NCBI GenBank assembly: GCA_000146045.2
Contig: BK006945.2
Location: 704,001-768,000 of the forward strand
DNA from: TPA_inf: Saccharomyces
Lineage: Eukaryota
Direction: 5' to 3'
Length of the DNA: 64,000 nt
The translations under genes were made by a program, and so were the position numbers. This document shows, in pieces, positions 22,069-37,100 of the stretch (positions within the stretch are counted from its first letter, which is position 1; the number at the start of each line of letters is the position of its first letter). The notes beneath the pieces are model-generated. The model did not search any database and was not told the DNA's origin. It worked only from the letters and a program-made list of their open reading frames with translations.

Positions 22069-24051
22069 ATGCTGTTGTGTAATAGAAAAGTCCCCAAGAC
22101 TTTAAATACCTGTTTTATACTGCATATATTCACTCTGTTAACACTGGGTGTGTTAGTGTCCGGAATGCCGTCAAAAATGGTATCATTCGCCTCTCAGGAG
22201 ACTTTGCAGAGAATAAATAATCTCCTTCGAGGGTCTGCCAATCGAGATGTTGACATTATTGCAGAATATTTGAAAAAAGACGACGATGATGATGGCGGCG
22301 ATAAGGATCACCATAACATCGATATTGACCCTTTACCTCGCCGTCCTAGTTTAACGCCTGATAGGCAACTTCTAAAAGTCGGTTTGCATGGTGCTATAAG
22401 TTCAGATTTAGAAGTCTGTAGTAATTTGACTATAAATGAGGTACTCCTGAAATTTCCCGGTTCTAACGCTGCAGACGCTGCAGTAACACAAGCTCTTTGT
22501 AAGGGTATGGTGAATTTTTTTAATAGTGGGATTGGAGGTGGTGGCTACGTAGTTTTTTCTGGCAAAGACGATGAAGATCATCTATCCATTGATTTTAGAG
22601 AAAAAGCACCCATGGATTCACATAAGTTCATGTTCGAAAACTGCTCTCTATGCTCAAAAATAGGGGGTCTTGCTGTCGGTGTTCCAGGTGAATTGATGGG
22701 TCTCTATCGCCTCTTTAAAGAAAGAGGTAGCGGCCAAGTTGATTGGCGTGATCTAATTGAACCAGTCGCAAAGCTGGGAAGCGTGGGTTGGCAAATAGGC
22801 GAAGCACTCGGTGCCACTTTAGAACTTTATGAGGATGTTTTCCTGACATTGAAGGAAGATTGGTCGTTTGTATTGAATTCTACCCATGACGGTGTTTTGA
22901 AAGAAGGCGATTGGATCAAGAGGCCGGCACTATCTAACATGCTAATGGAACTGGCTAAAAATGGTTCCGTGGCCCCATTTTATGACCCCGATCACTGGAT
23001 TGCAAAATCCATGATTGATACTGTCGCAAAATACAATGGAATAATGAACTTGCAGGATGTTTCATCGTATGATGTTCATGTTACTAAACCACTGTCCATG
23101 AAAATTAGGAAGGGCGCCAATTTCATCCCTGATAACGATATGACCGTATTAACAAGTAGCGGCTCAAGTTCCGGGGCTGCACTACTTGCGGCGTTAAGGA
23201 TAATGGATAATTTCCAGAATCAAGAAGGGGGCGATTATGAAAAAGAAACTACCTATCATTTGCTTGAAAGCATGAAATGGATGGCAAGCGCAAGAAGCAG
23301 GTTAGGCGATTTTGAAGGCGAAGCATTACCTAAGCATATAGAAGAGGTATTGGATCCAGAATGGGCTTTGAAAGCAGTGAAATCAATCAAAAGAAACTCT
23401 CAAGACGGAAATTTTAAAACTTTAGAAAACTGGACGCTTTATGATCCGGCATACGATATCAATAACCCGCATGGAACTGCCCACTTCAGTATAGTAGATT
23501 CACATGGGAATGCTGTTTCCTTGACAACCACCATCAACTTGTTGTTCGGTTCCTTAGTACACGACCCAAAAACCGGGGTGATCTTCAATAATGAAATGGA
23601 CGATTTCGCTCAATTCAACAAATCTAATAGTTTTGAATTGGCACCCTCCATATACAACTTTCCCGAGCCCGGGAAAAGACCCCTATCATCCACTGCACCC
23701 ACTATTGTGCTGTCAGAATTAGGCATCCCAGACCTCGTGGTCGGCGCTTCCGGCGGCTCAAGAATCACTACGAGTGTTTTACAAACAATTGTGAGGACGT
23801 ACTGGTATAACATGCCTATATTGGAAACGATAGCCTATCCACGTATACACCACCAGTTACTGCCCGACCGCATAGAACTGGAAAGCTTCCCCATGATCGG
23901 TAAAGCCGTACTAAGCACTCTCAAGGAAATGGGATATACGATGAAAGAAGTATTTCCCAAGAGCGTAGTTAATGCTATACGCAATGTCAGGGGAGAATGG
24001 CATGCGGTGAGTGACTATTGGAGAAAAAGAGGAATCTCCTCCGTATACTAA
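22069..24051 (+). CDS. ECM38: Gamma-glutamyltranspeptidase (vacuolar, type II membrane)
   Basis: 660 aa. N-terminal signal-anchor, GGT family, and the autoprocessing threonine context ([14 protein letters not shown] ... TAHFSIVD). Confidence 0.95.
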
Positions 24052-24954
24052 GATGTGGGGTAAGAATGGTACTGTAATATAGTTCAAGATAATAGTACGT
24101 AATGTAGGGAGCCTGCTTCTGTGGTATATAAATAAATACTGGGCTTGCGTTTATTTTTAAAGAATCAATATTTACTTTTCATTAACAAAGGGCATACGCC
24201 CTTAAAACAAAACAAAAAATCCAGATCATGCGAGCTTTGCCTTTTTCAGTAAGTTTCCCTACCTTGCAGCCGAGACGCGACTTCGGAACGATGCCAGCAT
24301 ACGTATTTACCATTATTAAAAAAATCTGATGGCTTGATACTGCGCGTTTCTTTTTATAGCATTAATACGCACACATACGCGCATTGTTGTTTACTATAAA
24401 TAAACCGTGGGGACCTGACCCAGTCATCCTCCCTGTGTTTACAGTGCGGTGCACACGAGCCTGAGACAAGCCCGTAACCAGGCGCGTTGCCGCAAATACA
24501 GAGGCGCCCCAGACAACACCGCAGTGTGAAGCACTGTCAATTTAAAACCGTGGCTTGCTGGAGATGCCCAGACCAACCCTGTTGGGTTTTTCTCTCGAGC
24601 ACGCCGTTATAATTTTAGCGTGTTCCGTACCTGTGTGCACATCAATAAGCGGTGTAACAAACTTGAACTTGCCATCTCATATCGTCATATGAGCAGTTGC
24701 AGAGAAAGGCACTTTAAATAAAAAGGCGTGGATGATAAAAAATGTATATAAGTTGGATGGATTTTTGGGAAAAAGTAATGTTTTTGCAGACGTTTTAAAT
24801 ACTCCCTCCCTTTTCTTAGTAATTTTTATTATGTATTGACTAAGTCAAAAATAACTATAGAAAACTAAAGTTTACGAGAGGACCCAAAAGTTTTGAATAA
24901 CACGTGCCTTTGATTTTTTGTTTACTTTCTTTTTCTAGTTAATTACCAACTAAA

Positions 24955-26301
24955 ATGCTTTCGCTTAAAACGTTACTGTGTACGTTGTTGACTGTGTCAT
25001 CAGTACTCGCTACCCCAGTCCCTGCAAGAGACCCTTCTTCCATTCAATTTGTTCATGAGGAGAACAAGAAAAGATACTACGATTATGACCACGGTTCCCT
25101 CGGAGAACCAATCCGTGGTGTCAACATTGGTGGTTGGTTACTTCTTGAACCATACATTACTCCATCTTTGTTCGAGGCTTTCCGTACAAATGATGACAAC
25201 GACGAAGGAATTCCTGTCGACGAATATCACTTCTGTCAATATTTAGGTAAGGATTTGGCTAAAAGCCGTTTACAGAGCCATTGGTCTACTTTCTACCAAG
25301 AACAAGATTTCGCTAATATTGCTTCCCAAGGTTTCAACCTTGTCAGAATTCCTATCGGTTACTGGGCTTTCCAAACTTTGGACGATGATCCTTATGTTAG
25401 CGGCCTACAGGAATCTTACCTAGACCAAGCCATCGGTTGGGCTAGAAACAACAGCTTGAAAGTTTGGGTTGATTTGCATGGTGCCGCTGGTTCGCAGAAC
25501 GGGTTTGATAACTCTGGTTTGAGAGATTCATACAAGTTTTTGGAAGACAGCAATTTGGCCGTTACTACAAATGTCTTGAACTACATATTGAAAAAATACT
25601 CTGCGGAGGAATACTTGGACACTGTTATTGGTATCGAATTGATTAATGAGCCATTGGGTCCTGTTCTAGACATGGATAAAATGAAGAATGACTACTTGGC
25701 ACCTGCTTACGAATACTTGAGAAACAACATCAAGAGTGACCAAGTTATCATCATCCATGACGCTTTCCAACCATACAATTATTGGGATGACTTCATGACT
25801 GAAAACGATGGCTACTGGGGTGTCACTATCGACCATCATCACTACCAAGTCTTTGCTTCTGATCAATTGGAAAGATCCATTGATGAACATATTAAAGTAG
25901 CTTGTGAATGGGGTACCGGAGTTTTGAATGAATCCCACTGGACTGTTTGTGGTGAGTTTGCTGCCGCTTTGACTGATTGTACAAAATGGTTGAATAGTGT
26001 TGGCTTCGGCGCTAGATACGACGGTTCTTGGGTCAATGGTGACCAAACATCTTCTTACATTGGCTCTTGTGCTAACAACGATGATATAGCTTACTGGTCT
26101 GACGAAAGAAAGGAAAACACAAGACGTTATGTGGAGGCACAACTAGATGCCTTTGAAATGAGAGGGGGTTGGATTATCTGGTGTTACAAGACAGAATCTA
26201 GTTTGGAATGGGATGCTCAAAGATTGATGTTCAATGGTTTATTCCCTCAACCATTGACTGACAGAAAGTATCCAAACCAATGTGGCACAATTTCTAACTA
26301 A
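24955..26301 (+). CDS. EXG1: Major secreted exo-1,3-beta-glucanase (GH5)
   Basis: 448 aa with a signal peptide and the GH5 catalytic NEP motif ([12 protein letters not shown]). Confidence 0.96.
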
Positions 26302-26824
26302 GTCGCCCTCAGTCCGCTCATTTTAGCTGAATTTTCTAATGTTATTTTTCATCAGCAAAACTTAACAGAACGTTAATTTATCTACCCCTTTTAGTTCATT
26401 ATCTCTTTTTTATCCAACATTTTACAGAGATCTCTCACTTAAGTCTAAGTAAAGACATTATTTTATATGGTACACTTATAGAATATACGATAATAATAAT
26501 AAAAACTATGTAACATAACCTTCAGAATTTAATATTAGTTTCCTTTTTACCTCATTGCACTAATAAAAAAATTCTACAGAATCTCCGAAAAAGAAAATCC
26601 AGCTTACTCTTTTTGTTTTCTTCTTCACACGTGAGCTTTTCCGCCGGCATACGTTCCGTTCCGTGTCGTCTTGCATAAAATTTCCGAATCACATGTTCGT
26701 AAAACAACCGGAAGTGCCCCGAATATAAAGTCAATTCTCACCGCTGTTGTAACTGGAGCTTTAAGGTGTTATCTAAGGAAGGATAAAAGAACTTAAACAA
26801 CAACAAACAAAAAATTAAGTTACA

Positions 26825-27559
26825 ATGCCAGCATTATTAAAAAGATTATTGTTTCAAGTGGGTCCTCATCCAAACGAAAGAACATTCACCTTATCCTCTG
26901 TTTCAACTGATGGGCACTATATTTCCTTGAGACCATTTGTTAAGCCAAGCGGTGATGAGTTATCTTTTCCTTTCGAATGGGCCTTTGCCGGTACAAACGA
27001 AACAGTTAAAGCTAATGATCAAGGAAACGGTGTCGTTACTCAAGATTTCAATTTCTGGTTGGATACAAATGTGTACTTGAACGTTCCAAACACCCATCGT
27101 GGCGAAGTGAACACCACTTGGAAAAATTGGGATTCTGGTTGTGTCGAGGAAACAGGCGCTGTTTACCCATTCGGTGCCGACAAAGAAAGCGTCTCTTTCA
27201 GAGAATTGTGGCAACCAGTTGACCCATCAAGAGAAGATCTAGTCATCGTCTCACCAAACAATGAGAAGTTCTCGTCGAATGCTAGGTCAATTGTCCTCAA
27301 AGTTACTGACGAAGCTTATGATGGTTTGGTTATTGTTATTGGTAGATGGATTCAAGGGTTTTTGTCCCAAAAGAATAATAACACTATTGAAGGCTTGAAC
27401 TTCATCAGATTACTTGAAAAAGATTCAGGTAAATCTGAGTTCTTATTAAGCTACGGTAAGGAAGTAAACAAAATTCCACAAAGCTACGAAAATTTGAAGA
27501 AAGGTTCCACTGTAACCAGCAATGGGTTGAACTGGGAAGTTATTGAATATCACGCTTAA
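26825..27559 (+). CDS. HRI1: Hrr25-interacting protein of unknown function
   Basis: 244 aa, ATG start; position and length match YLR301W. Confidence 0.85.
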   Translation: MPALLKRLLFQVGPHPNERTFTLSSVSTDGHYISLRPFVKPSGDELSFPFEWAFAGTNETVKANDQGNGVVTQDFNFWLDTNVYLNVPNTHRGEVNTTWKNWDSGCVEETGAVYPFGADKESVSFRELWQPVDPSREDLVIVSPNNEKFSSNARSIVLKVTDEAYDGLVIVIGRWIQGFLSQKNNNTIEGLNFIRLLEKDSGKSEFLLSYGKEVNKIPQSYENLKKGSTVTSNGLNWEVIEYHA

Positions 27560-27667
27560 TAAAGGAGAATAAATCGTTTTCTACTTTCTTCTGCTGCTAT
27601 AATAAGCACCTATGGGATCTATATAGTATTTTTATAACGATAGACTTTATAAAAGAAAATACCTAAG

Positions 27668-28000
27668 TGAAAATTTGGTGAATTTTGAGATAATTGTTGG
27701 GATTCCATTTTTAATAAGGCAATAATATTAGGTATGTAGAATATACTAGAAGTTCTCCTCGAGGATTTAGGAATCCATAAAAGGGAATCTGCAATTCTAC
27801 ACAATTCTATAAATATTATTATCATCGTTTTATATGTTAATATTCATTGATCCTATTACATTATCAATCCTTGCGTTTCAGCTTCCACTAATTTAGATGA
27901 CTATTTCTCATCATTTGCGTCATCTTCTAACACCGTATATGATAATATACTAGTAACGTAAATACTAGTTAGTAGATGATAGTTGATTTTTATTCCAACA
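27668..28000 (-). mobile_element. Solo Ty1/Ty2 delta LTR (about 333 bp)
   Basis: On the minus strand it reads TGTTGGAATAAAAATCAACTATCATCTACTAACTAGTATTTACGTTACTAGTATATTATCATATACGGTGTTAGAAGATGACGCAAATGATGAGAAATAGTCATCTAAATTAGTGGAAGCTGAAACGCAAGGATTGATAATGTAATAGGATCAATGAATATTAACATATAAAACGATGATAATAATATTTATAGAATTGTGTAGAATTGCAGATTCCCTTTTATGGATTCC...CCCAACAATTATCTCA. This is a near-canonical delta ending 89 bp upstream of a tRNA gene. Confidence 0.9.
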
Positions 28001-28089
28001 CTAAGAAATAATTTCGCCATTTCTTGAATGTATTTAAAGATATTTAATGCTATAATAGACATTTAAATCCAATTCTTCCAACATACAAT

Positions 28090-28190
28090 GGGAGTTTGGC
28101 CGAGTGGTTTAAGGCGTCAGATTTAGGTGGATTTAACCTCTAAAATCTCTGATATCTTCGGATGCAAGGGTTCGAATCCCTTAGCTCTCA
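28090..28190 (+). tRNA. tL(UAG)L1: tRNA-Leu(UAG) with a 19-nt intron
   Basis: GGGAGTTTGGCCGAGTGGTTTAAGGCGTCAGATTTAGG[tggatttaacctctaaaat]CTCTGATATCTTCGGATGCAAGGGTTCGAATCCCTTAGCTCTCA. A box (TGGCCGAGTGG) and B box (GGTTCGAATCC) are present, with the intron 3' of the anticodon. Confidence 0.95.
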
Positions 28191-29876
<1,686 letters not shown>

Positions 29877-30389
29877 GTGTGCGTAATGAGTTGTAAAATT
29901 ATGTATAAACCTACTTTCTCTCACAAGTACTATACTTTTATAAAACGAACTTTATTGAAATGAATATCCTTTTTTTCCCTTGTTACATGTCGTGACTCGT
30001 ACTTTGAACCTAAATTGTTCTAACATCAAAGAACAGTGTTAATTCGCAGTCGAGAAGAAAAATATGGTGAACAAGACTCATCTACTTCATGAGACTACTT
30101 TACGCCTCCTATAAAGCTGTCACACTGGATAAATTTATTGTAGGACCAAGTTACAAAAGAGGATGATGGAGGTTTCTTTACAATAAAGAAGCACATGTGT
30201 GTTAACGTTTTTAGTATTTGCTTGTTATGTAAATCAGGAAAACTTCGCGGGATTTGGTTGGATGCTACTTTCCATACAATAAATATTATAGATCTAAAAA
30301 GCCAAATTACAAGTAAAGATTAGTAAAGCTGTTGGAATTCCATCGTTGATAAAAATGTTAGTTATTAAATATAAAAGTCAGAATAGGTG

Positions 30390-30675
30390 AACTTGGATTT
30401 AATTGTTGGCATTTCGTTGCTGCTAGAGGCCATAATATTAGATAGCCAGGACATACTAGTTCTCCTCGTGGTATAGGAATCCATAAAATGGAATTGGTGA
30501 TTCTATGTGATATATTCACATTCTTACTACATTATCAATCCTTGCACTTCAGCTTCCTCTAACCTCGATGACATCTTCTCATAACTTATGTCATCATCTA
30601 ACGCCGTCTATTATAATATATTGATAGTATAAGTATTAGTTGATAGACAATAGTGGATTTTTATTCCAACAGTGT
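30390..30675 (-). mobile_element. Diverged solo delta LTR (Ty1/Ty2 family)
   Basis: On the minus strand it reads TGTTGGAATAAAAATCCACTATTGTCTATCAACTAATAC...GGAAGCTGAAGTGCAAGGATTGATAATGTAGTAAGAATGTGAATATAT...TTTTATGGATTCCTATACCACGAGGAGAACTAGTATG...CAACAATTAAATCCAAG. Substituted throughout relative to the 27668-28000 copy, so older. Extra short LTR-like fragments sit at 30330-30390 and 30676-30800. Confidence 0.75.
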
Positions 30676-30801
30676 CTTTGTTCGTCTCAGATATAGTCGG
30701 ATTGCCCTTTTAAGCAATCAATAGTGTTTTATTTGCAACAATGTCGTCATAGTTTAATATGTCCTATAAGATGTTAACTTGCTCAACATTCAACAAAGTT
30801 T

Positions 30802-30875
30802 GGTCTCTTGGCCCAGTTGGTTAAGGCACCGTGCTAATAACGCGGGGATCAGCGGTTCGATCCCGCTAGAGACCA
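30802..30875 (+). tRNA. tI(AAU)L1: tRNA-Ile(AAU)
   Basis: GGTCTCTTGGCCCAGTTGGTTAAGGCACCGTGCTAATAACGCGGGGATCAGCGGTTCGATCCCGCTAGAGACCA; anticodon AAT in the loop CTAATAA. Confidence 0.95.
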
Positions 30876-30884
30876 TTTATTTTT
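30876..30884 (+). terminator. Pol III terminator T-tract (tttattttt) directly 3' of tRNA-Ile
   Basis: A T3AT5 run begins at the first base after the tRNA. Confidence 0.6.
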
Positions 30885-31211
30885 AAATTCGACCGTCTGA
30901 CAGACGGTGCACTTATTACTTAATTTTTTTTTTTTTTTAATCCTCGTTAAACTGAGTACATAATCAGCAACAATATAATATAAAAGTTTTGCTTTTTTAT
31001 GTACGTACAATAGGGGTACTTAAATAAATAAATAAACAATAAAACAATCAATAAATAAATAATATACGATCATAAATTACGAGATATATTTCATAGTCTT
31101 GACTTCTCCAGCCGAACGTCATTAAATTTAAGGCAGAAAAGATAAACAAGGGTACGGTGTACAGAAGACAAAATAAATAATAACCTTTAAAAGATTATAA
31201 CAATGTTTTCA

Positions 31212-33548
31212 TTATTTCTTCTCATCGGCCTTAATTTTATTTAAGGCAGAACCATATTTGAACCATTCAATTTGCTCATCGTTGAAAGTATGGGTCAACA
31301 CAGCATCCCATGGCTTACCATTCTTTGGATGAACTCTCATTGTTACAGGCTTACCTGGAGCCAATTCAGCTAGACCCAGAATATCGATTCTGTCATCAGG
31401 GTTGATCTTGTCATAGTCAGCTGGGTTCTTGAAGTTCAATGGCAATAGACCTTGTTTTTTCAAGTTAGTTTCATGGATACGAGCGAAAGACTTTGTGATG
31501 ATAGCGAAACCGCCCAAGAATCTTGGTTCCAAAGCAGCGTGTTCACGAGAGGAACCTTCACCAAAGTTTTCATCACCAATAACAACCCACTTGATACCTT
31601 GGTCTCTGTAATCTCTAGCAGTGTCTGGAACACCTTTGTATTCACCAGTATATACATTTTTAACACAGTTAGCCTTCTTGTTTTCAGCATTAATAGCACC
31701 AATCATATAGTTATTAGAAATGTTTTCTAAATGACCTCTGTATTTCAACCATGGACCAGCCATAGAAATATGATCAGTAGTTGTCTTACCGACGGCCTTA
31801 ATCAAGATTGGCATGTCTTTAGCATCCTTACCATCCCAAGGTTTGAATGGTTTCAACAGTTGTAGACGGTCTGAAGTTGGAGAAACTTTAACTTCAACGG
31901 TGCTACGGTCTGCAGGTGGAGCTTGGTAAGTGTTCTCACCAGCATCATAACCTCTTTGAGGCAAACCATCACCATGTGGTGGTTTCAACATGAACTCATT
32001 ACCATCCTTGTCCTTTAATTTGTCTGTTAGAGGGTTGAATCTCAAATCACCCGCAATGGCGAACGCAGTTACTAATTCTGGAGATGCAACAAAAGCATGA
32101 GTTTGTGGGTTACCATCATTTCTAGAAGTGAAATTTCTGTTGTAAGAGGAAACGATAGTATTCTTGTCACCTTTCTTGATATCTCTACGATCCCATTGAC
32201 CAATACATGGGCCACAGGCGTTTGCCAAAACGATACCACCAAATTCTTTGAAGGTTTCTAATTGGCCATCACGTTCAATAGTGGCTCTGATTTGTTCAGA
32301 ACCTGGAGTAACAGTGAAAATGGTCTTGGATTTCAAACCATGAGCAGCAGCATCCTTGACAATGGATGCTGAACGAGACATATCTTCATAAGAGGAATTG
32401 GTACAAGAACCGATCAAACCGACTCTGACATCCAATGGCCAGTTATTAGCAACAGCAACTTCCTTCATCTTAGAAACTGGAGTAGCCAAATCGGGGGTAA
32501 ATGGCCCATTGATGTATGGTTCCAGAGTGTTCAAGTCAATTTCGACGACCTCATCGTATTCAGCATCCTTATCAGCAGATAATAGGTCCTTGTGGTATAA
32601 TTTAGCAAAGTCAGCGATCTTACCACGACCAGTTGCTTCCAAATATTCAATCATAGATTTGTTGAATGGGAAAACAGATGTGGTAGCACCGATTTCAGCA
32701 CCCATATTACAAATGGTACCCATACCAGTAGCGGAGAAGGTGTCAACACCATCACCGAAATATTCAACAATTTTACCAGTACCACCTTTGACAGTTGTGA
32801 TACCAGCCAATTTCAAAATAATATCCTTTGGAGAAGTCCAACCGTTCATCTTACCAGTCAACTTAACACCTAAGATCTTTGGAGCCTTCAATTCCCATGG
32901 ACGACCTGCCATAACATCAACGGCATCAGCACCACCAACACCAATAGCCAATTGACCTAAACCACCAGCATTTGGTGTATGGGAGTCAGTACCAATGATC
33001 AAAGCACCTGGGAAAGCGTAGTTTTCCAGAACAATTTGGTGAATGATACCGGAACCTGGCTTCCAGAAACCCATGTTATATTTCGCAGTGGCAGAGGCCA
33101 AGAAATCATAAACTTCCTTGTTTAGATCTATAGCTCTCTTCAAATCTTTTTCACCACCAACTTGTGCTTGAATCAAATGGTCACAGTGGACAGTGACTGG
33201 CTTAGCAACCTGTGGTAAACCAGCGGACATAAATTGTAAAATAGCCATTTGAGCAGTAGCATCTTGACAGGCAACACGATCTGGTCTTAATTTTAGGTAT
33301 GAAACACCTCTCTGAATATCTTGACCATGAGGGTCATCCAAGTGACCGTACAAAATCTTTTCCGCGTAGGTAAATGGCCTGTTTAATCTTTTTCTTACGA
33401 TATCCAGCGTTTCCACATTCTGCTTGTAGTTAATAAAAGAATGATCTTCTAATAAGTTTTGGTTGACTTTTGAATCTCTAGTCAAGTTGGAGACTGTCGC
33501 AAGACCACGAACAATGGGTCTCTTGATGGCAGAACGTGCAGACAGCAT
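31212..33548 (-). CDS. ACO1: Mitochondrial aconitase
   Basis: 778 aa. Fe-S cluster ligand cysteines lie in CTNSS and CGPCIGQW contexts; N-terminal presequence. Confidence 0.97.
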
Positions 33549-33831
33549 TGTATATCTATAGTAATAATGGTAGTATTTATTACCTTCGTTCTACTATGTA
33601 ATAACTAAGAAAGAGTGAACAGAACAAGGGACAACGGAATTAAGCAACATACTCCTCCTAATTAACCTCTAAAACCGGAAGATTATATATATAACAAAAG
33701 ATTTTCCTTGTCCTCCCTTTTTGTGCTTGCCTTTCCGAAAACCGGCAGCGATTGGAGGTTTGATGGTTAAAGTCGCCTGCGGAGAACAACTGAAGGGTTC
33801 AAATTTTTCTCGTATGCACTAATTTCTCTAT

Positions 33832-33839
33832 TGATTGGT
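33832..33839 (-). promoter_or_regulatory. HAP2/3/4/5 CCAAT box (ACCAATCA on the ACO1 strand); a second CCAAT is at 33751-33755
   Basis: Plus strand tgattggt is the reverse complement of ACCAATCA, about 285 bp upstream of the ACO1 ATG. It fits the HAP consensus TNATTGGT. Confidence 0.6.
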
Positions 33840-33993
33840 CAGGACCTTTGCCGATTTCGGCGCCGAAATGCTCGAAAAACAAAGGGTATTGCCCGGCCCC
33901 GCGGACCTCCCTTTTGCGGCTCTCGGCCATTTTTTAGGTAATTTGACACCGTGCCCAAATGGCTTGGCACAATCGAGAATCAGGCACCCGCGT

Positions 33994-33998
33994 GTGAC
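33994..33998. promoter_or_regulatory. Rtg1/Rtg3 R-box (GTCAC; plus strand gtGTGACcg) in the ACO1 promoter
   Basis: A GTGAC core about 450 bp upstream. ACO1 is a known retrograde (RTG) target, which is established knowledge; a 5-mer alone is weak evidence. Confidence 0.35.
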
Positions 33999-34160
33999 CG
34001 GCGTCATTCATTAAAGCCAGATAAGACAAAGTAAAATACAATGGATTATGATTAATACAATGATATACAAAAAGAGAGAAAATAAACGAAGGCTACGTCT
34101 GCGTAATTGACGATGGGAAACTGGTATTTTTATATAAGCATATGTAAAGTGCGAAGTATA

Positions 34161-37100
34161 TCAGTACGGAATGCCATTTGTGAGCCTTTGGAATTCATCA
34201 TAACCTTTAGTGAATATACTTTCATAACTTTTACGGATTAGCGCCTTCATATATAGTGCAGCTTCGTGATCGGTTTTTTGAGGTTGAAATCTTGCTCTTA
34301 GATTCCTAATTGTCTTGTGACCCTTAAAGCAGGGGAGACCGCTTCCTAACATAGGATTTACACACTCAATTATGGCCTCCACGTGCGGACGGGCGGCTAG
34401 ATATGCCTTGATACAAAGTTCTTCAAAGTCCAGATACGCTGGGGTCTGGGGCGAACCTCCCATCACTTTAACCATTTCTTTCGTCAGCTTGAATGGTACT
34501 GCTTCAAACTTGATACCACCTGGGACAATATCAAAAATAAACCCAAAATCGATATGTAGACAATGTCCTTGATCATCGTACATAATGTTACCATTATGTC
34601 TATCCTTGAATTGCAACAAATACGAAATTACGCTATATCCCGCTAAGGATTTAACAAAGTTGTTTCGTGCGTTTTGAAATTCGATAGTAGATTCATTACC
34701 AAATTTACTAGTGAAATATTCATATAATCCATTAACAGCTTCACGTCCTAACATATCACGGGATACCGAATTGGGTAGCACATCGATGACACCACAACCC
34801 GGTGCCGTCGCAGTAACTCTGTAGGGAAAAACGTAGACATCCAAGCCAATACTAGACCAAATGGTTCTAAATAGCGAGATCAATTGTAACGCTAGAACAT
34901 CTTGCCTACAGTCATCACCGACTTTGAAGATAGCAGCTTGCCATTTTTCAACTTCCTTGTTTTTACCTGTCAAAGGATCTTTTACGTCTTTCTTTATTTT
35001 AAAGGTCGCCATAAAAGGCGCCTTTGCGTGAGATTGAAGTGGCTTACCACTCTTCCGATCAATATCAATAACTACACCGTCAGGATTAGAAGGTAAATAA
35101 ACATCAGGTTTCACCTCAATTTTGCTCATTTCTTCATCGATCTTATGTTTCTTTTCAGCCTTACTTTTTTTTATGTATGGTTTCAACTTACCAGATATGC
35201 CAGTTACTTCGTCGAAGAATTCAAATTCACGTTCGTAAAAATCGCGATGAGATTGGCTGAAACTTGAAACCATACGCTCCCTAATACGATCTAGAGTTGG
35301 TTTGATTTCATCTTCTTGTATACCTTCATCATCCTTGTAGCAGTTTGCAAGCATATTCCAGATTATTTGATGAGAAAATAACACACTAATTTTCGCAGTA
35401 TCCAAAATCAATCTTTCGACATATCCGGTTTTATCGTATCTCAAACATTGTACGATTTGAGGAACATAGAAGAATGCCAAGTTCACATCTTGTGATTCCA
35501 ACGAATATATGCTGAATTGTAAGATAAAAGAATTACCTTGCCATTCGGGAAGGAAAAGGTTGATAGATTTTAACGGGCTCACTGGCGCCCAGTATAAGGT
35601 TGCGTGTAGGTCTTTCTTACTGCTCAGGTGGCTTCCTTTTATGAACAGGTCAAGAGCACTTGGGGACCCCACACACATTAAAGCATGTTTTGCAACTAAG
35701 CCCACTAAAACATCCTCAGCTTTCTTGCTATAACATCGTTGTAAGAGATTTATTGCTAATGTTGGATCTTTAGCAAAGGTAGCTTCAACGATATCGCTTG
35801 TAAGCTCGTTGCTGTCGGCTCCTTCAATCTTCTCAGTCGGAGTAAGCCAGGTTTGAATCTGCTGGATTTCGCTTGCCAAGAAATAGTTCAGGATCTTGTA
35901 ATCTTTCCCGCAATGACGTGACATTAGCGAGCTTAATTTGTTGAGCTGAAGGAAAAGGTCCCTAGTAACAGATAAATCTGCTTTGATTTTCAGCTCATTT
36001 GAGCCGAATGGCCACGCTACTGGTCTTTTAAACCAACTTAGGGCACCGTTTGTGATTTCTTGCGACAAACGGCCCATATACTTGGATCCCTGCTTATAAC
36101 TTGCGTTTAGTACGAGAGTCGCGAATAACAATAATTCGTGGCGAATCATTCTAGCGAACGGGTGTAGTGAAGCCTTATACAGATTCTTGATACCATAAAG
36201 CGCACATTTCGTGAAAATTTTCAATAAAAAGTCACTTTGAAATAGTGTGCCCTCGAAATGGGAAGCAAAAAATTTAATAACATGAAGATGTGGTTGCATA
36301 GCTTGGGATGCATTTTTTGCATCTCTGTTGATACCTGCTTTGTCGTAAGGGGAATATTCCATTTTTTGGTATTCTTCGCCCTTTAAGTCATGATCGCGAG
36401 AATAGAGACCAATATTGTCATCAATGGAGCGCATCCAGCAATAGCATACTTCAACTAAAAGCAAATGTGCAACTTCGGGCTTCTCAGTTATGATTGTTAA
36501 CCATACGTTTGTAGCAATCTTTAAAGATGCAGAGGTGAAGACTTCGAACGGGATGTGCACAATATCATATATCAATGACGCTGGTGCACCATTGCCAAGA
36601 ATTAACAACGCGGTAGCCATATCAAGAAAATCAGTTACGTCTTTAGTTATAATCTTATTTCCTAAGGTCAAATTTTTTCTTATGTTTTGAGTGGAAATAC
36701 CTATTTGCCTTTTGATATCCTCTGGTGATGATGTAATAGCGGTATCGAAAAGATATTTTGACCTCCAAGAATGTAAAGATATAAATCCAGAAATCGTGTT
36801 AGGTTTCTCTGGACCATAATAAGTAAGCCTTGATAATTCCTTATCTGCAGGTAAAATCAAACCAGCCATATCCATGGCAAATGAGACACCAAATTCAACA
36901 GAATTTAGCCTGCTGTACTCACCGAGATCTGATATGTATGATTGCAACAAAATCTTAGTATCCTGGTTGCTTCTATTCAATAGAATTCTTACCCATTCTT
37001 TAGCTGACTTGTGCAATCTTGATAGTGTCGTAGCGCGCCAGGACGATGAGCTTGGAACCAATATTGTTGTCTTAGAATGTTTTAATTTAAATTCATACCG

